Counted from the first letter of the stretch, positions 53,994 to 64,000 are shown. The stretch is DNA of 64,000 bases from Candidatus Cloacimonadales bacterium (GCA_963662275.1 OY759316.1:1344001-1408000); one strand, 5' to 3'. The notes: generated by a model not told the origin, from the sequence alone. Made by a program: numbers and translations.

Positions 53994-54407
53994 CATAGGT
54001 CTGATCTATACATTTTCAATCTTCTATTCTGTTTCCTGTTCTCTATAAGCTGTCACCTTCTACATCATTCTTAATTTTTAATTCTTAATTTGCCCCTAAG
54101 TACCCCTCGAATTACCAACATACTTGAAACTAAAAATCAGCTAGTCAGAAGATAACCAGGAACTAAAATACTTTAGGAGCTGGTTAGTACCTGGCTAGTA
54201 TCTGTTTATTATCTCATTTGAGTGCCACTTGTGTGCCATAAGTATTTCTCTTTTGATACAAAAAAAGATGAAAAATGATATGAACAAAGCATCTTCCTAA
54301 GAAAAACTAAGAAAGTCTAGATGATCCCTAGATAAAGCCTAGATGATTCCTAGATGAAACTTACTTCATTGTATAACTGACTTCTTTATTGATTTATTGT
54401 CTCTTCT

Positions 54408-54460
54408 GCACCTAACACCTAGAACCTAGCACCTAACACCTAACACCTAGCACCTTCTGC
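54408..54460. repeat. Short CACCTA(A/G) heptamer array overlapping the 3' end and stop codon of the C26 peptidase gene
   Basis: About 6 units, with the same CACCTTCTGC end as 31284-31442. Confidence 0.85.
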
Positions 54461-55138
54461 CAATTGCATCAAGTACTGAAAGATCGGTCTGCTGACATAC
54501 GGGTCTAAGATCCTCTCAGGATGCCATTGAATGCCTAGAACCATTTGTTCTGATTCGTACTCGATCGCCTCGATGGTTCCGTCTTCTGATTTCGCAACGA
54601 CCTGTAAGCCTTTGCCGATGTGCAGCGGATCGATCGCCTGGTGATGATTGGAATTTACTGTAATGGTTTCCTTATTGAAGATTTCAGGTAGCCAGCGTTC
54701 GCCTAGAATATGAATCGGGTGATACGTTTCACCTTCATGCACATCACGATTATCGATGTATTGTATCAGTTTCCCTCCGAAGTAGATGTTCATCAACTGC
54801 ATACCGGCGCAGATACCGAGGACGGGTATCTTCTTTTCTAAAGCGATTGTAAGCAGGAGATAGTCAGCATCCACACGTCGGGAATGAGCCAATTCAATAG
54901 CAGGATGCGGTTCCTGTCCATACAGGTGCGGAGGATAATCATTCCCGCCGATGATGATCAGCGCTCCGGCCATATCGAGGTATTGTTCCAGGTAGGAACG
55001 GTCAGCCAGGCAGGGGATCAGGATGGGCAGCGCTCCATTACTATAAAGCGCATCGACGTATTTTCCCCGGATATGATTCTGGTGATGCTTCCCTAATTTC
55101 ATATAATTCATACTGATACCAATGACGGGTAGTTTCAT
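54440..55138 (-). CDS. Class I glutamine amidotransferase / peptidase C26 (PuuD-like gamma-glutamyl hydrolase)
   Basis: PVIGI, GGND, LGICAGMQ, NSNHHQAI, GIQWHPE; likely start MKLPVI. Confidence 0.92.
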   Translation of the reverse strand: MKLPVIGISMNYMKLGKHHQNHIRGKYVDALYSNGALPILIPCLADRSYLEQYLDMAGALIIIGGNDYPPHLYGQEPHPAIELAHSRRVDADYLLLTIALEKKIPVLGICAGMQLMNIYFGGKLIQYIDNRDVHEGETYHPIHILGERWLPEIFNKETITVNSNHHQAIDPLHIGKGLQVVAKSEDGTIEAIEYESEQMVLGIQWHPERILDPYVSRPIFQYLMQLAEGARC

Positions 55139-55229
55139 GATCGCCTCTTTTATGCTATTGATGCAGGCATACAGCCCATGAGAGGGGTGGGATGTCAAGG
55201 ATTTGCTGTACCATAGCTTTGTAAGCTGT

Positions 55230-55590
55230 TATGTTGTCGGGTTTGAAACCCGATAACGATGGAAGAAGCAGACTCCGAGGTTACAAACCATCGGGGAAAA
55301 CAAGATACAATCTTATGTTACAATTGACATAGCACCCACTTCAGCGGGTATCTGAATCATGCAACGCTGTAACATACATTGGCAATGTGTTGTAACTGAC
55401 AATGGTATTGTCAGATTCTTATTCGTGGATTACCAATCCACACATCACAAAGTGCGTTGGATGAAGTTCGAAAGAAGAAAGGAATCGGGGATTACCAATC
55501 CCCTCATAAAACAGAATACCATTCTATGTTACGAAACAAACCAATCCGGTAGGATGAAAGATGATAGACCATGGTGTGAACCACTGGAAT
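55230..55590. repeat. Mosaic of short palindromes, several with a GTAA foot
   Basis: GTAA-CTGACAAT-GGT-ATTGTCAG; GTAA-CATACATT-GGC-AATGTGT; minus-strand GTAA-CATAGAAT-GGT-ATTCTGT; GGATT-ACC-AATCC x2; GTTGTCGGGTTT-G-AAACCCGATAAC. Confidence 0.65.
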
Positions 55591-55725
55591 GTATTGATTA
55601 GCATGAAGATAGGTAAATAACTACGTATTTTGAAAATTCTCTTGACGTAAACCAAGAATAATTATTTTCTTAAAAAGGATTGACTAATACTAGTGGGAAC
55701 ATAATAAGTTAAGTCGGAGGTTCAG

Positions 55726-57306
55726 ATGGAACTTTTATCATTAAAAGAAGCAAGTGAATGGGCTTCTTCATATCTACATAAGAATGTAACTACTTCCAAT
55801 ATTGGCTATCTGATTCAATATGGCAAAATAAAGCGCATCAATGAAAATGGCTCCACTTTAGTTAATAAAGATGAACTTCTTAGTTATTATACATCATATT
55901 ATGGCAAAAGAGAATTGAACTGGAAAGACAAGCTTGGAGATGATCTTGATTGGCATCTTTCCTTTGACTATTTGAAAGAAGCTGATACTACAAAGCATGT
56001 TCATCGGTTACATCCATATAAAGGGAAATATATCCCACAATTAGTTGAGTATTTCTTAGATGATCATACTGATGAATTTAAAAAGGACGTCTATTTCCAT
56101 AGTGGTGATATCATTCTTGATCCGTTTTGCGGAAGTGGCACTACTCTTGTACAAGCAAGTGAATTAGGAATGCATGCAATTGGAATTGATATTTCAGCAT
56201 TTAATACTTACATATCCAATGTTAAAATAGGAACTTATGACCCAAAGCTCTTGTATCAAACTCTAAGAAGCATAACCGAAAAACTACAATTATTTGTGTT
56301 GAATTCGAAAACTGTAGAATTTGAGAATCGACTTTTAGCGGAACTTTCTTCATTTAATAAGATATACTTCCCATCTCCTGAATATAAACATCAGTTGCGA
56401 AATAAGGAGATTATTGAAGATGAATATGGAACAGAAAAGGAAAAAGAATTTTTACCAATTTATCAAGATTTGATTGATGAATATCACATAGAATTAAATT
56501 TAGAGAATCCATCTAACTTTTTAGAGAAATGGTATTCGAAACATGTGCTTTCCGAAATCAATTTTGTATTTGATTTGATTAAAAAGATTGAAGATAAGCA
56601 AGTAAAATACATTGCTGGCTTAATATTGAGTCGGACAATAAGATCATGTAGAGCCACTACTCATTCTGATCTTGCTACTTTAGTAGAACCTGTGACATCA
56701 ACATATTATTGCTCCAAGCATGGGAAGATATGTAAACCGCTATTTTCTATTGTAAGTTGGTGGGATAGATATAGTAAGGACACTTTTTATCGTCTTGAGC
56801 AATTTTCGCATTTACGTACTCATACATTCCAAAAGTGTCTCTGTGATGATTCTCGAACTGTTGATATTCAATCTTTATTGTTAACTAAATATCCTGCTTT
56901 TGGTGAATTGGTAAAAACACAGAAGATTGCAGGTATCTTTTCAAGTCCCCCGTACGTTGGGTTGATTGATTATCATGAACAACATGCTTATGCTTATGAC
57001 CTTTTTAGATTTGAGCGTAAGGATAATCTTGAGATTGGTCCGCAATTCAGAGGGCAAGGTAAAGATGCCAAAGAGGCTTATCTCAATGGTATTTCGGAAG
57101 TATTGCTGAATTGCCGTAAATTCATGAAAGATAACTTCGATGTATTCCTGGTTGCTAATGATAAATACAATCTATATCCAAGAATCGCTGAAAACGCTAA
57201 TATGAAAATTGTGAATCAATTTAAACGACCTGTATTAAATCGGACTGAAAGAGATAAAAATGCATATTCAGAAGTGATATTCCATATGAAGGATTTATTA
57301 TTTTAA
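55726..57306 (+). CDS. Amino-type (probably N4-C) DNA methyltransferase with N-terminal HTH-like extension
   Basis: HPYKGK, DPFCGSGTT (motif I) before SSPPY (motif IV); adjacent to a REase. Confidence 0.9.
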   Translation: MELLSLKEASEWASSYLHKNVTTSNIGYLIQYGKIKRINENGSTLVNKDELLSYYTSYYGKRELNWKDKLGDDLDWHLSFDYLKEADTTKHVHRLHPYKGKYIPQLVEYFLDDHTDEFKKDVYFHSGDIILDPFCGSGTTLVQASELGMHAIGIDISAFNTYISNVKIGTYDPKLLYQTLRSITEKLQLFVLNSKTVEFENRLLAELSSFNKIYFPSPEYKHQLRNKEIIEDEYGTEKEKEFLPIYQDLIDEYHIELNLENPSNFLEKWYSKHVLSEINFVFDLIKKIEDKQVKYIAGLILSRTIRSCRATTHSDLATLVEPVTSTYYCSKHGKICKPLFSIVSWWDRYSKDTFYRLEQFSHLRTHTFQKCLCDDSRTVDIQSLLLTKYPAFGELVKTQKIAGIFSSPPYVGLIDYHEQHAYAYDLFRFERKDNLEIGPQFRGQGKDAKEAYLNGISEVLLNCRKFMKDNFDVFLVANDKYNLYPRIAENANMKIVNQFKRPVLNRTERDKNAYSEVIFHMKDLLF

Positions 57307-57348
57307 TAAGTAGTATTTGAAAAAACAAAATTTGAAAGGGAAGGAAAG

Positions 57349-58131
57349 ATGTTAACAACTATTCAGGTCATGAATATTGAAGATGTTTTAAGAAGAAGCT
57401 TGAGAAACAAATTTCAAAACTACAATCCTGAACCAGCAGTAATGCCTTTCCATACAAGATTACTTGGTAAGGATAGGCTTGCATTGTATTCCTTTATTCA
57501 TTCTTTGAATACTAATTTTGGAACAAGTATTTTCGAACCTGTCGCTAAGGCATTGGCTCTAAATAATTTCGTATCAGCTACTTCACAGCAGATCTCAGGG
57601 AATCAGATTTCATCTGAAGCTCATAATATAATTCAAGATATAATGGATGGGTTAGATATTTCAAAAAAAATCTTACCCAATAAGATAAATGAAATAGATG
57701 CTATTCGACAAGTTTGTACAAAAGGAGTTATGAAAGCTGTAAAGCCAACGAGAGTTGATTTGAAGTTAGTCTCCGAAGATGGTACAATCTATCTCATAGA
57801 TATTAAAACCGCTAAACCTAACGCTGGTGGCTTTAAAGAGTTCAAAAGGACACTTCTAGAATGGGTTGCAACAACTCTGGCTTCAAATCCTGAAGCAGAT
57901 ATTCATTCTTTTATTGCGATACCATACAATCCATATGAACCAAAACCATACAGTAGATGGACAATGAAAGGAATGCTTGATCTTGATTATGAACTAAAAG
58001 TAGCAGATGAATTCTGGGATTTTCTTGGTGGTGAAGGTTCTTATAATGAATTACTGAATATATTTGAAAGAGTTGGTATTGAATTAAGACCAGAAATTGA
58101 TGCTTATTTTAGTAGGTTTCAATTAAGATAG
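57349..58131 (+). CDS. Type II restriction endonuclease, TdeIII/MjaII-like family
   Basis: MPFH, SLNTNFGTSIFE, VDL...IDIKTAKPN (PD-D/ExK), IPYNPY, EFWDFLGG. Confidence 0.85.
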   Translation: MLTTIQVMNIEDVLRRSLRNKFQNYNPEPAVMPFHTRLLGKDRLALYSFIHSLNTNFGTSIFEPVAKALALNNFVSATSQQISGNQISSEAHNIIQDIMDGLDISKKILPNKINEIDAIRQVCTKGVMKAVKPTRVDLKLVSEDGTIYLIDIKTAKPNAGGFKEFKRTLLEWVATTLASNPEADIHSFIAIPYNPYEPKPYSRWTMKGMLDLDYELKVADEFWDFLGGEGSYNELLNIFERVGIELRPEIDAYFSRFQLR

Positions 58132-58878
58132 TTAACTTTGGGGTTGTTTTCCAGAGTTAAATTCAACAATTTTGTTCCAATTAATTGAGTAATCAGAATT
58201 GCAGAATGATTTAACAAATTCTACGGTTAGTTTATTTTGCATTTTCGCAAAGTCTTGCAGGTAGAAATCATCCTTATTGTTAAACAGATTATGAATTGGT
58301 CCTAAAATATCTGTATATAGTGATGGACTTCCAGAAATAAACTCCCAAAATTCTTTACCACAATACTTATTATAAGCATCTTTACTCATTCGGTCATTCT
58401 TTCCGTAGAAACAACCAATGATTGCAACTACATCAAGTGCTGGATTGTTTGTTTTCCATGTTAGAATTGCTGTTTTAAAATCATCACTTTGCTTTTTTTG
58501 ACTTTGAATGCTACTTTCCCGATCCAATCCAGCAACTATTGAAACAAGATAGTGAATGCCATTTGTATCAAATTCAAAATCGATATTCGGGATATTTGAT
58601 TTTTTACCATCATAAACCATTTCACTAATTAAGATAGCTAGTCCTTTTAACCAATTATCCAAGTATGTTTCTTCAATTATTGACATGTGAGAATCAAGCA
58701 TAAATGTAATCACATCATAAACCATGTTTATATTTTTGGCTGTAAACCAATAAGGATTCTGTTCTTGTAAAATATCAAACAATGTTATTGTATTAAGCTC
58801 TGATATGCGTCTGTCGTTGAAGGTAGTTATGTTCTCTTCAGCACATTGATAAATCATTTTCAAATCAATTGTTTTCAT
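58132..58878 (-). CDS. EcoO109I/PmeII-like restriction endonuclease homolog, apparently catalytically degenerate
   Basis: NPYWF.AK, EET, IDFEF, GCFYG, CGKEFWEFISG, INWNKIVEFNSG; the expected SIKSGPNWGN segment reads SIVAGLDRESS. Confidence 0.65.
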   Translation of the reverse strand: MKTIDLKMIYQCAEENITTFNDRRISELNTITLFDILQEQNPYWFTAKNINMVYDVITFMLDSHMSIIEETYLDNWLKGLAILISEMVYDGKKSNIPNIDFEFDTNGIHYLVSIVAGLDRESSIQSQKKQSDDFKTAILTWKTNNPALDVVAIIGCFYGKNDRMSKDAYNKYCGKEFWEFISGSPSLYTDILGPIHNLFNNKDDFYLQDFAKMQNKLTVEFVKSFCNSDYSINWNKIVEFNSGKQPQS

Positions 58879-59051
58879 GTTTACTATCTCCAAGATATAA
58901 GTATATTTTACGTCCGGTATCATAACCATCTTTGTAATAAAGCATATTGAATCCCCTTAATTAGGTATAGTGAAATTATATGAATCAAACGTGTCAAACA
59001 TAATTTTAGTATATCTCAAACGATTCAATATGAAATAAATAAAACAAGAAA

Positions 59052-59764
59052 CTAATTAATTATCCCTTTCATCTCCTCCATCCTCAACCAAGGTCTTCTT
59101 CTATGCAGCATACGATGGCAATTGGAGCAAACGAGAGCAATGTCTTTGATAGCAGTTGTTGTTATTGATTTGTAATCGGAGAGTGGTAGAGTATGGTGGC
59201 ATTCAATATATCCTTTGCCTAATTCTCCATAGGTTTTGGGAAACTGAAGCCACAGATCTCACAGTAGAATTTATCAGAGAGCAGGGCTTTGTTTTTAGCT
59301 TGGGTGATGAGCTTGCTGTTTCTTTCCCAGTAACGATGGATGCGATAGAGCACATTGCCTTCTGGGAAGTCATCTTCTTCAGGGTCTGCTACTCGTATTT
59401 TGTCATCTTTGATCTGTTGTGAGATGGTTGCGATGATACTCTCTGAAATATCCTTCAAGTATTGAACGTCTCCTGCAAACTGATTCCATATTTCTTCTTC
59501 CATTTGATTGCCAGCTTTTAAGCCAATACCTTCATAAGTAGGGTCCAAGCGTTTCAGGTTTTGGAGCTTCAAATAAATGGAATTGATACTCCTGAATGTA
59601 TCATCGTGGGGAAGAGCCAGGAATTCAGCTCTTTTCCTGAGAAGTTGGCTTAATTCAGCGATTGCAGGTTCTGTTTTGATATTCCGTGCTCTTTCATTCT
59701 GCATATACAGGTACAACGCGAGGATCAGTTCATCACGTTGCCAGGGTATTTGACGCATATTCAT
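59052..59764 (-). pseudogene. McrA-like HNH endonuclease split by a frameshift near 59235-59242
   Basis: ORF ends at CEICGFSF; another frame continues KTYGELGKGYIECHH...VCSNCHRMLHR to a stop at 59052. Confidence 0.85.
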
Positions 59765-59875
59765 CTCCAATGTAAGGATTCATAAATGGGGTCATACCGG
59801 TATGGAAGTCAAGATTTTTTGGGTAGAAGCTCAATATTGAAGATCAGCGGAAGGTTTGTGGCAATTAACCTTTCT

Positions 59876-60002
59876 TTCATCCCATAGGGGTGGTCTTTCC
59901 ATAACGCTCGGGTGTAAACCCTGCGAAGTAGTCAAGATGTGTCGCCCCAACGGGCTTTTCTTGTCTGGCTCATAACGCCGGGTTTACACCCGAGCGTTAT
60001 AG
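59876..60002. repeat. REP-like inverted repeat element next to the IS1182 end
   Basis: ATAACGCTCGGGTGTAAACCC at ~59901 and its inverse GGGTTTACACCCGAGCGTTAT at ~59980. Confidence 0.7.
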
Positions 60003-60008
60003 ACAGAA

Positions 60009-61903
60009 TGGAGATGTCCCGAAACTAGCATGATTTTATTTTCTTCTGTTGTAAAATATGTGATTGTTTTTACAGGCAAACTAAATTACTCAATAGTTTC
60101 CGAAAAGCGATGCAAAGACAAGGAAAAACGGAGTAATATTTACCTAATTCATGTTTGAATTCTGGTAGGAAGAGTCTTCATCAGGCTTTTCCTTCAGTAT
60201 TTTGTAAGTGCAGAAACATTTTCCCTATATTATGTCCTAAAAAGAGGAGGGATAACTGTTCCTTGCATTTTCTCAATGAACGGACAGTAAATCTCTCAAA
60301 CTTCCTGTTCCACTTCATGAAAGCAAATACAGCCTCCGGTTCGATGCCTCTTTGCTTTCTCAGCTTGTCGCCTTTTTCAGAAAGCAGATTATTGACTGTC
60401 TGACGTTTTAGTGGAGCTATATGAGGATCGTAGGTCAGTGATTTATGAGTTTTATCCTTGTAGGGAATACACTTTTTATTGTGAGGACATTCTCTGCAGT
60501 CATTACATATATAGGTTTTCACGATTCGTTTCGGACCGTTCTTCTCTGTCTCTTCTTCCTTGATTTTGACCAGTCTCCGATTAAATTGACAGACCCACTC
60601 ATCATGCTCCTCATCATAGCTGAAGCCTGTCAGAAGAGAGTCCCGATAATCTCTCTTATAATCCTGGGTCTTGAGATAGCTTGTTATCTCTTTTTCAGCA
60701 GCATAATTCAAATTCAGCGCAGTGCCATAGGCAGCATCTCCAACAACGTCGGTAGGATATTGTCCCAATTCATCATGCATTTGCTCCATGAGATTGGGAA
60801 ATTCAACGGTTTCTTTAGGGATATTGAATAAGTGAATGCCTGTGACAAATTGCTCTGAAGTTCCGATACTGGCAACATAACCCGGTGCCAGCTGTCCATT
60901 TTTCAATCGCATAAATGTGGCATCATTATCAGTCTTGGATGTGCTGCTGCGTCCTTCTCCAATTATCTCAAGCTGTTGCTCATATTTCTCCAGCTTAGTT
61001 ATATCATTGCTCTTTGATTTGGAGATTTCGCGCAAAAGAGATTTGATTTTCTTGATAGCCCGAGTATCTGACGGATGATTTTTCTGTAGTCGGGACATTG
61101 CTTCTTTCAGCTTGTTTTCTGCTGAGACCAGTCTATCTCTGATCTGTTCAGATGCGACTGTAGCAGTTTTCTCTGATTCAACCGCATGCAATTGCTCACC
61201 AAGCTCAAGAAGATCAGCGGTTCCATATTGCTGTTGCTCTTCCTGATTATATTCCTCGATCTTTTTAAACAATCCCTCAACTCGTGTCTTGACCAGTTCC
61301 TGATAACGAAGCGCATTGCTTTTCCAGATGTAGGAATTCTTGCCGGCATTTGCGTGAATCGTCGTCCCGTCAACAAAACAGGTGTCGAGATCAAGATATC
61401 CTAATGATGATGCTTTCAGTACTACCTGATAAAATACATCAATAAGAATATCAGAACACTTAGTCCAGGCAAAGGTGTTGATCGTTCTGAAATCAGGTTC
61501 CTGTTCTCCTGCCAGCCAGATAAAATTGATGTTCTCCCGAACAGCCTTAGCTATCTTCCGACAGGTATAAATACCATTGATATAGGCATACACAATGATC
61601 TTCAACATCATCTTGGGATGATAAGCAGGTGTACCTTCATCAGAGTATCTTGTGTATAGCTCAGATAAGTCCAGTTGCTCAACGACATCGTTAACATAAC
61701 GAACCATGTGCTGGGGAGGTATTCTCTCTTCAATATTAAGTCCATAGAGTGTCCCCTGATTCGGATTGTGCTCTCTGAAATTCATAATTCTCTCTATGCT
61801 TAGTTTTTAAAGGCAACAATACACCCTATAACAATATGTCAAGTAATATGATTAATATTTAATAGTTGCTATTTTTCTATCATTTAGTTTCGGGACATCT
61901 CCA
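60009..61903 (-). mobile_element. IS1182-family insertion sequence
   Basis: 19-bp perfect inverted repeat TGGAGATGTCCCGAAACTA at 60009-60027 and 61885-61903; exact end uncertain by ~2 bp; no target duplication seen. Confidence 0.9.
60181..61785 (-). CDS. IS1182-family transposase
   Basis: YHPKMMLK, PDFRTI, VDGTTIHANA, SKTDNDATFM, GDAAYG, C-x-C zinc motif, RGIEPEAVF. Confidence 0.93.
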   Translation of the reverse strand: MNFREHNPNQGTLYGLNIEERIPPQHMVRYVNDVVEQLDLSELYTRYSDEGTPAYHPKMMLKIIVYAYINGIYTCRKIAKAVRENINFIWLAGEQEPDFRTINTFAWTKCSDILIDVFYQVVLKASSLGYLDLDTCFVDGTTIHANAGKNSYIWKSNALRYQELVKTRVEGLFKKIEEYNQEEQQQYGTADLLELGEQLHAVESEKTATVASEQIRDRLVSAENKLKEAMSRLQKNHPSDTRAIKKIKSLLREISKSKSNDITKLEKYEQQLEIIGEGRSSTSKTDNDATFMRLKNGQLAPGYVASIGTSEQFVTGIHLFNIPKETVEFPNLMEQMHDELGQYPTDVVGDAAYGTALNLNYAAEKEITSYLKTQDYKRDYRDSLLTGFSYDEEHDEWVCQFNRRLVKIKEEETEKNGPKRIVKTYICNDCRECPHNKKCIPYKDKTHKSLTYDPHIAPLKRQTVNNLLSEKGDKLRKQRGIEPEAVFAFMKWNRKFERFTVRSLRKCKEQLSLLFLGHNIGKMFLHLQNTEGKA

Positions 61904-62170
61904 GTGGACGTGCGAAGAATGAGCAGATTGGTCTGCGGGTGCGTACCTACATATTATTCCAGGAAGGACTTCATGGGCTAAAGGGGTAGCGTCCTGCGGA
62001 CTGCTAGTACAATTACGAATTAGAATTATGATCCCCGATCAGGTCGAGGATGACATGATTACGAATTGCAGAGCAGAGGTTCATTATTGAGAGTTAAGAT
62101 AGGCATTGACAAAATCATTTGTTACTTAAAACATTAGTCATAAATTAGAGTACGGGAAATAGGAGTGGCG

Positions 62171-62638
62171 ATGAAAAAAACAGTGTATTTGGATTCTACA
62201 ATTCCAAGTTTCTATTTTGAAGAAAGAACAGAATTCCAATATCAGAGAGAAATAACAAAGAAATGGTTTATGGAAGAATCACAGTTCTTTGATATCTATA
62301 TTTCTGAGGAAACGATTGCTGAGCTTTCACAAGGGAATTATCCTAACAAGAGAATGATACTCGACTTTATTCAAGAATTCACTGTTTTGGAACATGTTTC
62401 TGATATAGATAATGTCGCAAGCATATATATACAGAATTTTTTAATGCCAAATGATGTTTTTGGTGATGCTATCCACCTTGCATATGCTTCTTTCTATCAA
62501 ATAGATTTTTTATTGACATGGAATTGTAATCACTTAGCTAATGCAAATAAGAAAAAACACATTAATATTATTAATACAAGAATGGAATTAAGTATTCCTG
62601 AATTGATAACACCATTAGAATTATTTACCGAGAAGTGA
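62171..62638 (+). CDS. PIN-domain (VapC-like) protein
   Basis: VYLDSTIPS, ISEETIAEL, DAIHLA, LLTWNCNHLAN. Confidence 0.88.
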   Translation: MKKTVYLDSTIPSFYFEERTEFQYQREITKKWFMEESQFFDIYISEETIAELSQGNYPNKRMILDFIQEFTVLEHVSDIDNVASIYIQNFLMPNDVFGDAIHLAYASFYQIDFLLTWNCNHLANANKKKHINIINTRMELSIPELITPLELFTEK

Positions 62639-62647
62639 GACGGAAAT

Positions 62648-62836
62648 ATGAGTAAGAGATTAGATCCAGTATCAGAGAAAACCAAGATACAAAAAAAGAT
62701 ATCTCAAAAAGCAAATTCAGATGTTAAAAAATTCTCTGAGATTATACATGATGAAGTAAAGGATGTTCAAGCAAAGTATCATATTGTCTTCAAATACGGT
62801 AAACCAGGATCATCGGGGAAAGAGAAGAAGAACTAA
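62648..62836 (+). CDS. Small basic protein, putative partner/antitoxin downstream of the PIN gene
   Basis: 9 bp after the PIN stop; DPV.E....KI N-terminus typical of such partners (recall). Confidence 0.55.
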   Translation: MSKRLDPVSEKTKIQKKISQKANSDVKKFSEIIHDEVKDVQAKYHIVFKYGKPGSSGKEKKN

Positions 62837-63259
62837 GAACGAAGAGTGAAGAACTTACATAAATTAAGATTTAAAAATTACAGAAACTGACTTTTACAAC
62901 CTGAAAGAAATTATGCATCTGCCCTGGCGTAGAAGCCAGTTCCATTGCCAACTTAAAGCCTCCTTTGACAATTTGCAACTATAATTTGCAATCTGTCAGG
63001 AATTGAAAGTATCGTGCTGACGAAACGGATTTCCGGTCATAAATCCCTACAACAGAACAGAGCATCAAACTCTCTCGAAAAGATGGGCGTACTTCCGCAC
63101 GCCCCTACTGCCACCCTCTCTTCATCTGAAGCGAGGGATAGAGCAGACAAATAGGTATTTATCATTTAAATGCATTTTTGGAAGCTTTTTTGCAGTATAC
63201 TTATTCGTCCTTTGAGCATCAATAGATTTATGAATACTTTATAAAAGGGGTAATGTAAT

Positions 63260-63718
63260 ATGAAAGATACGATTACTCTCCAATCCCAATGGCTTATCAA
63301 AGCTCCCCTAGCTGATGTGTTTAGCATCATGACTGACTTTGAAAAATGGCCTGAGTATTTTCCGAAAGTTGCAGAATCTATACAAGTCATAAGGCGTGAA
63401 GAGAATAATTTAGAGTTAAGCGCAACCGTCAGATCGTTCGGGCAAGAGTTTCCAGTGAAAATGAAAATCCGTATCCTCCCTGGCATAGGGTTTATTTCGG
63501 ATAATGAAAGTCCGAAATTTGGAACTTCTGGTCACGAAGAACTTCTACTCTCTGCATGTCCGGAAGGAACCAATATCGATTACACTTATCAGGTTACTAT
63601 CCATAAACGCTGGCTCCGTATCGTTGCACAACCACTGATTGGCTGGTTTTCCATGAAATATTGGAATAAGGCTGTCATATGTGAGCTAAGAAAAAGGGTG
63701 GAAACAAGTCCAAATTAA
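63260..63718 (+). CDS. SRPBCC/START-fold protein
   Basis: IKAPLADVFSIMTDFEKWPEYFP N-terminal signature. Confidence 0.8.
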   Translation: MKDTITLQSQWLIKAPLADVFSIMTDFEKWPEYFPKVAESIQVIRREENNLELSATVRSFGQEFPVKMKIRILPGIGFISDNESPKFGTSGHEELLLSACPEGTNIDYTYQVTIHKRWLRIVAQPLIGWFSMKYWNKAVICELRKRVETSPN

Positions 63719-63754
63719 AAATTAAAAATAAAAGATTAAAAAATTGGCAGGAAT

Positions 63755-64000
63755 GGAACACTTCACCCCGTGAGGTGGCATAACGCACCCCGTGCGTTTT
63801 GGAATCAAGACAGATGAAACAAATGGAGTATTAAACCACAAAACATTCGAACAACACGAAAGCAGAAGGTGCCAGGTACCAGTTTCAGAGAAGAGCAGAC
63901 AGCAGGAACGGAATCCTACTCCACAACCGCGTGAATGCAGAGCCACGATTCAGCAGGAACAGCGTCCTACTTTACATATCATAAGATCGGAATCTTATGC
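63755..64000 (-). repeat. REP/BIME-like cluster (diverged copies of the same families)
   Basis: CTTCAC-CCC-GTGAGG / AACGCAC-CCC-GTGCGTT, CCGCGTGAATGC, CATAAGAT-CGGA-ATCTTATG. Confidence 0.75.

Noticed and set aside
55359..55601. 80-aa ORF
   Set aside because: Runs through a mosaic of palindromic repeats, with no recognisable motif or RBS
62900..63160. Possible tRNA or ncRNA
   Set aside because: No cloverleaf or T-loop motif; only a single GTAG-footed hairpin is supportable
52919..64000. Integron cassette array
   Set aside because: No integrase, mixed gene orientations, and no convincing attC R''/R' boxes

Overview
Moderately AT-rich bacterial window. Its many secreted proteins with FlgD-Ig/T9SS-type C-terminal domains suggest Cloacimonadota or a related FCB-group candidate lineage (inference). 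In order it holds: the 5' part of a secreted beta-helix protein gene, part of a >2 kb duplication of 32830-34700; a three-gene cassette encoding a CARF-domain sigma54 activator, a cytoplasmic TPR histidine kinase and a receiver fused to a possible HEPN-like domain, bracketed by REP-like hairpin clusters; an IS with 11-bp TIRs and an 8-bp target duplication; a five-gene uncharacterised membrane-complex locus (DUF6754-like); uvrA, gpsA and a solo groEL with a CIRCE; Omp28-like, MATE and beta-helix secreted proteins; two convergent cation/H+ antiporters fused to PTS-IIA domains next to both an Amt and an Rh50-type ammonium channel; PAP2, ferritin-like and TSUP genes; a 2743-aa repetitive surface protein; and a defence-rich end (HEPN-MNT, type II RM, a degenerate REase, a frameshifted HNH, IS1182, PIN toxin). 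Intergenic DNA is dense with several families of GTAG/GTAA/GGAA-footed palindromes and short tandem repeats. The best candidates for an undescribed system are the CARF/TPR-HK/REC cassette and the membrane locus, which appears to have inverted topology. All family names come from motif recognition by eye, not database searches.
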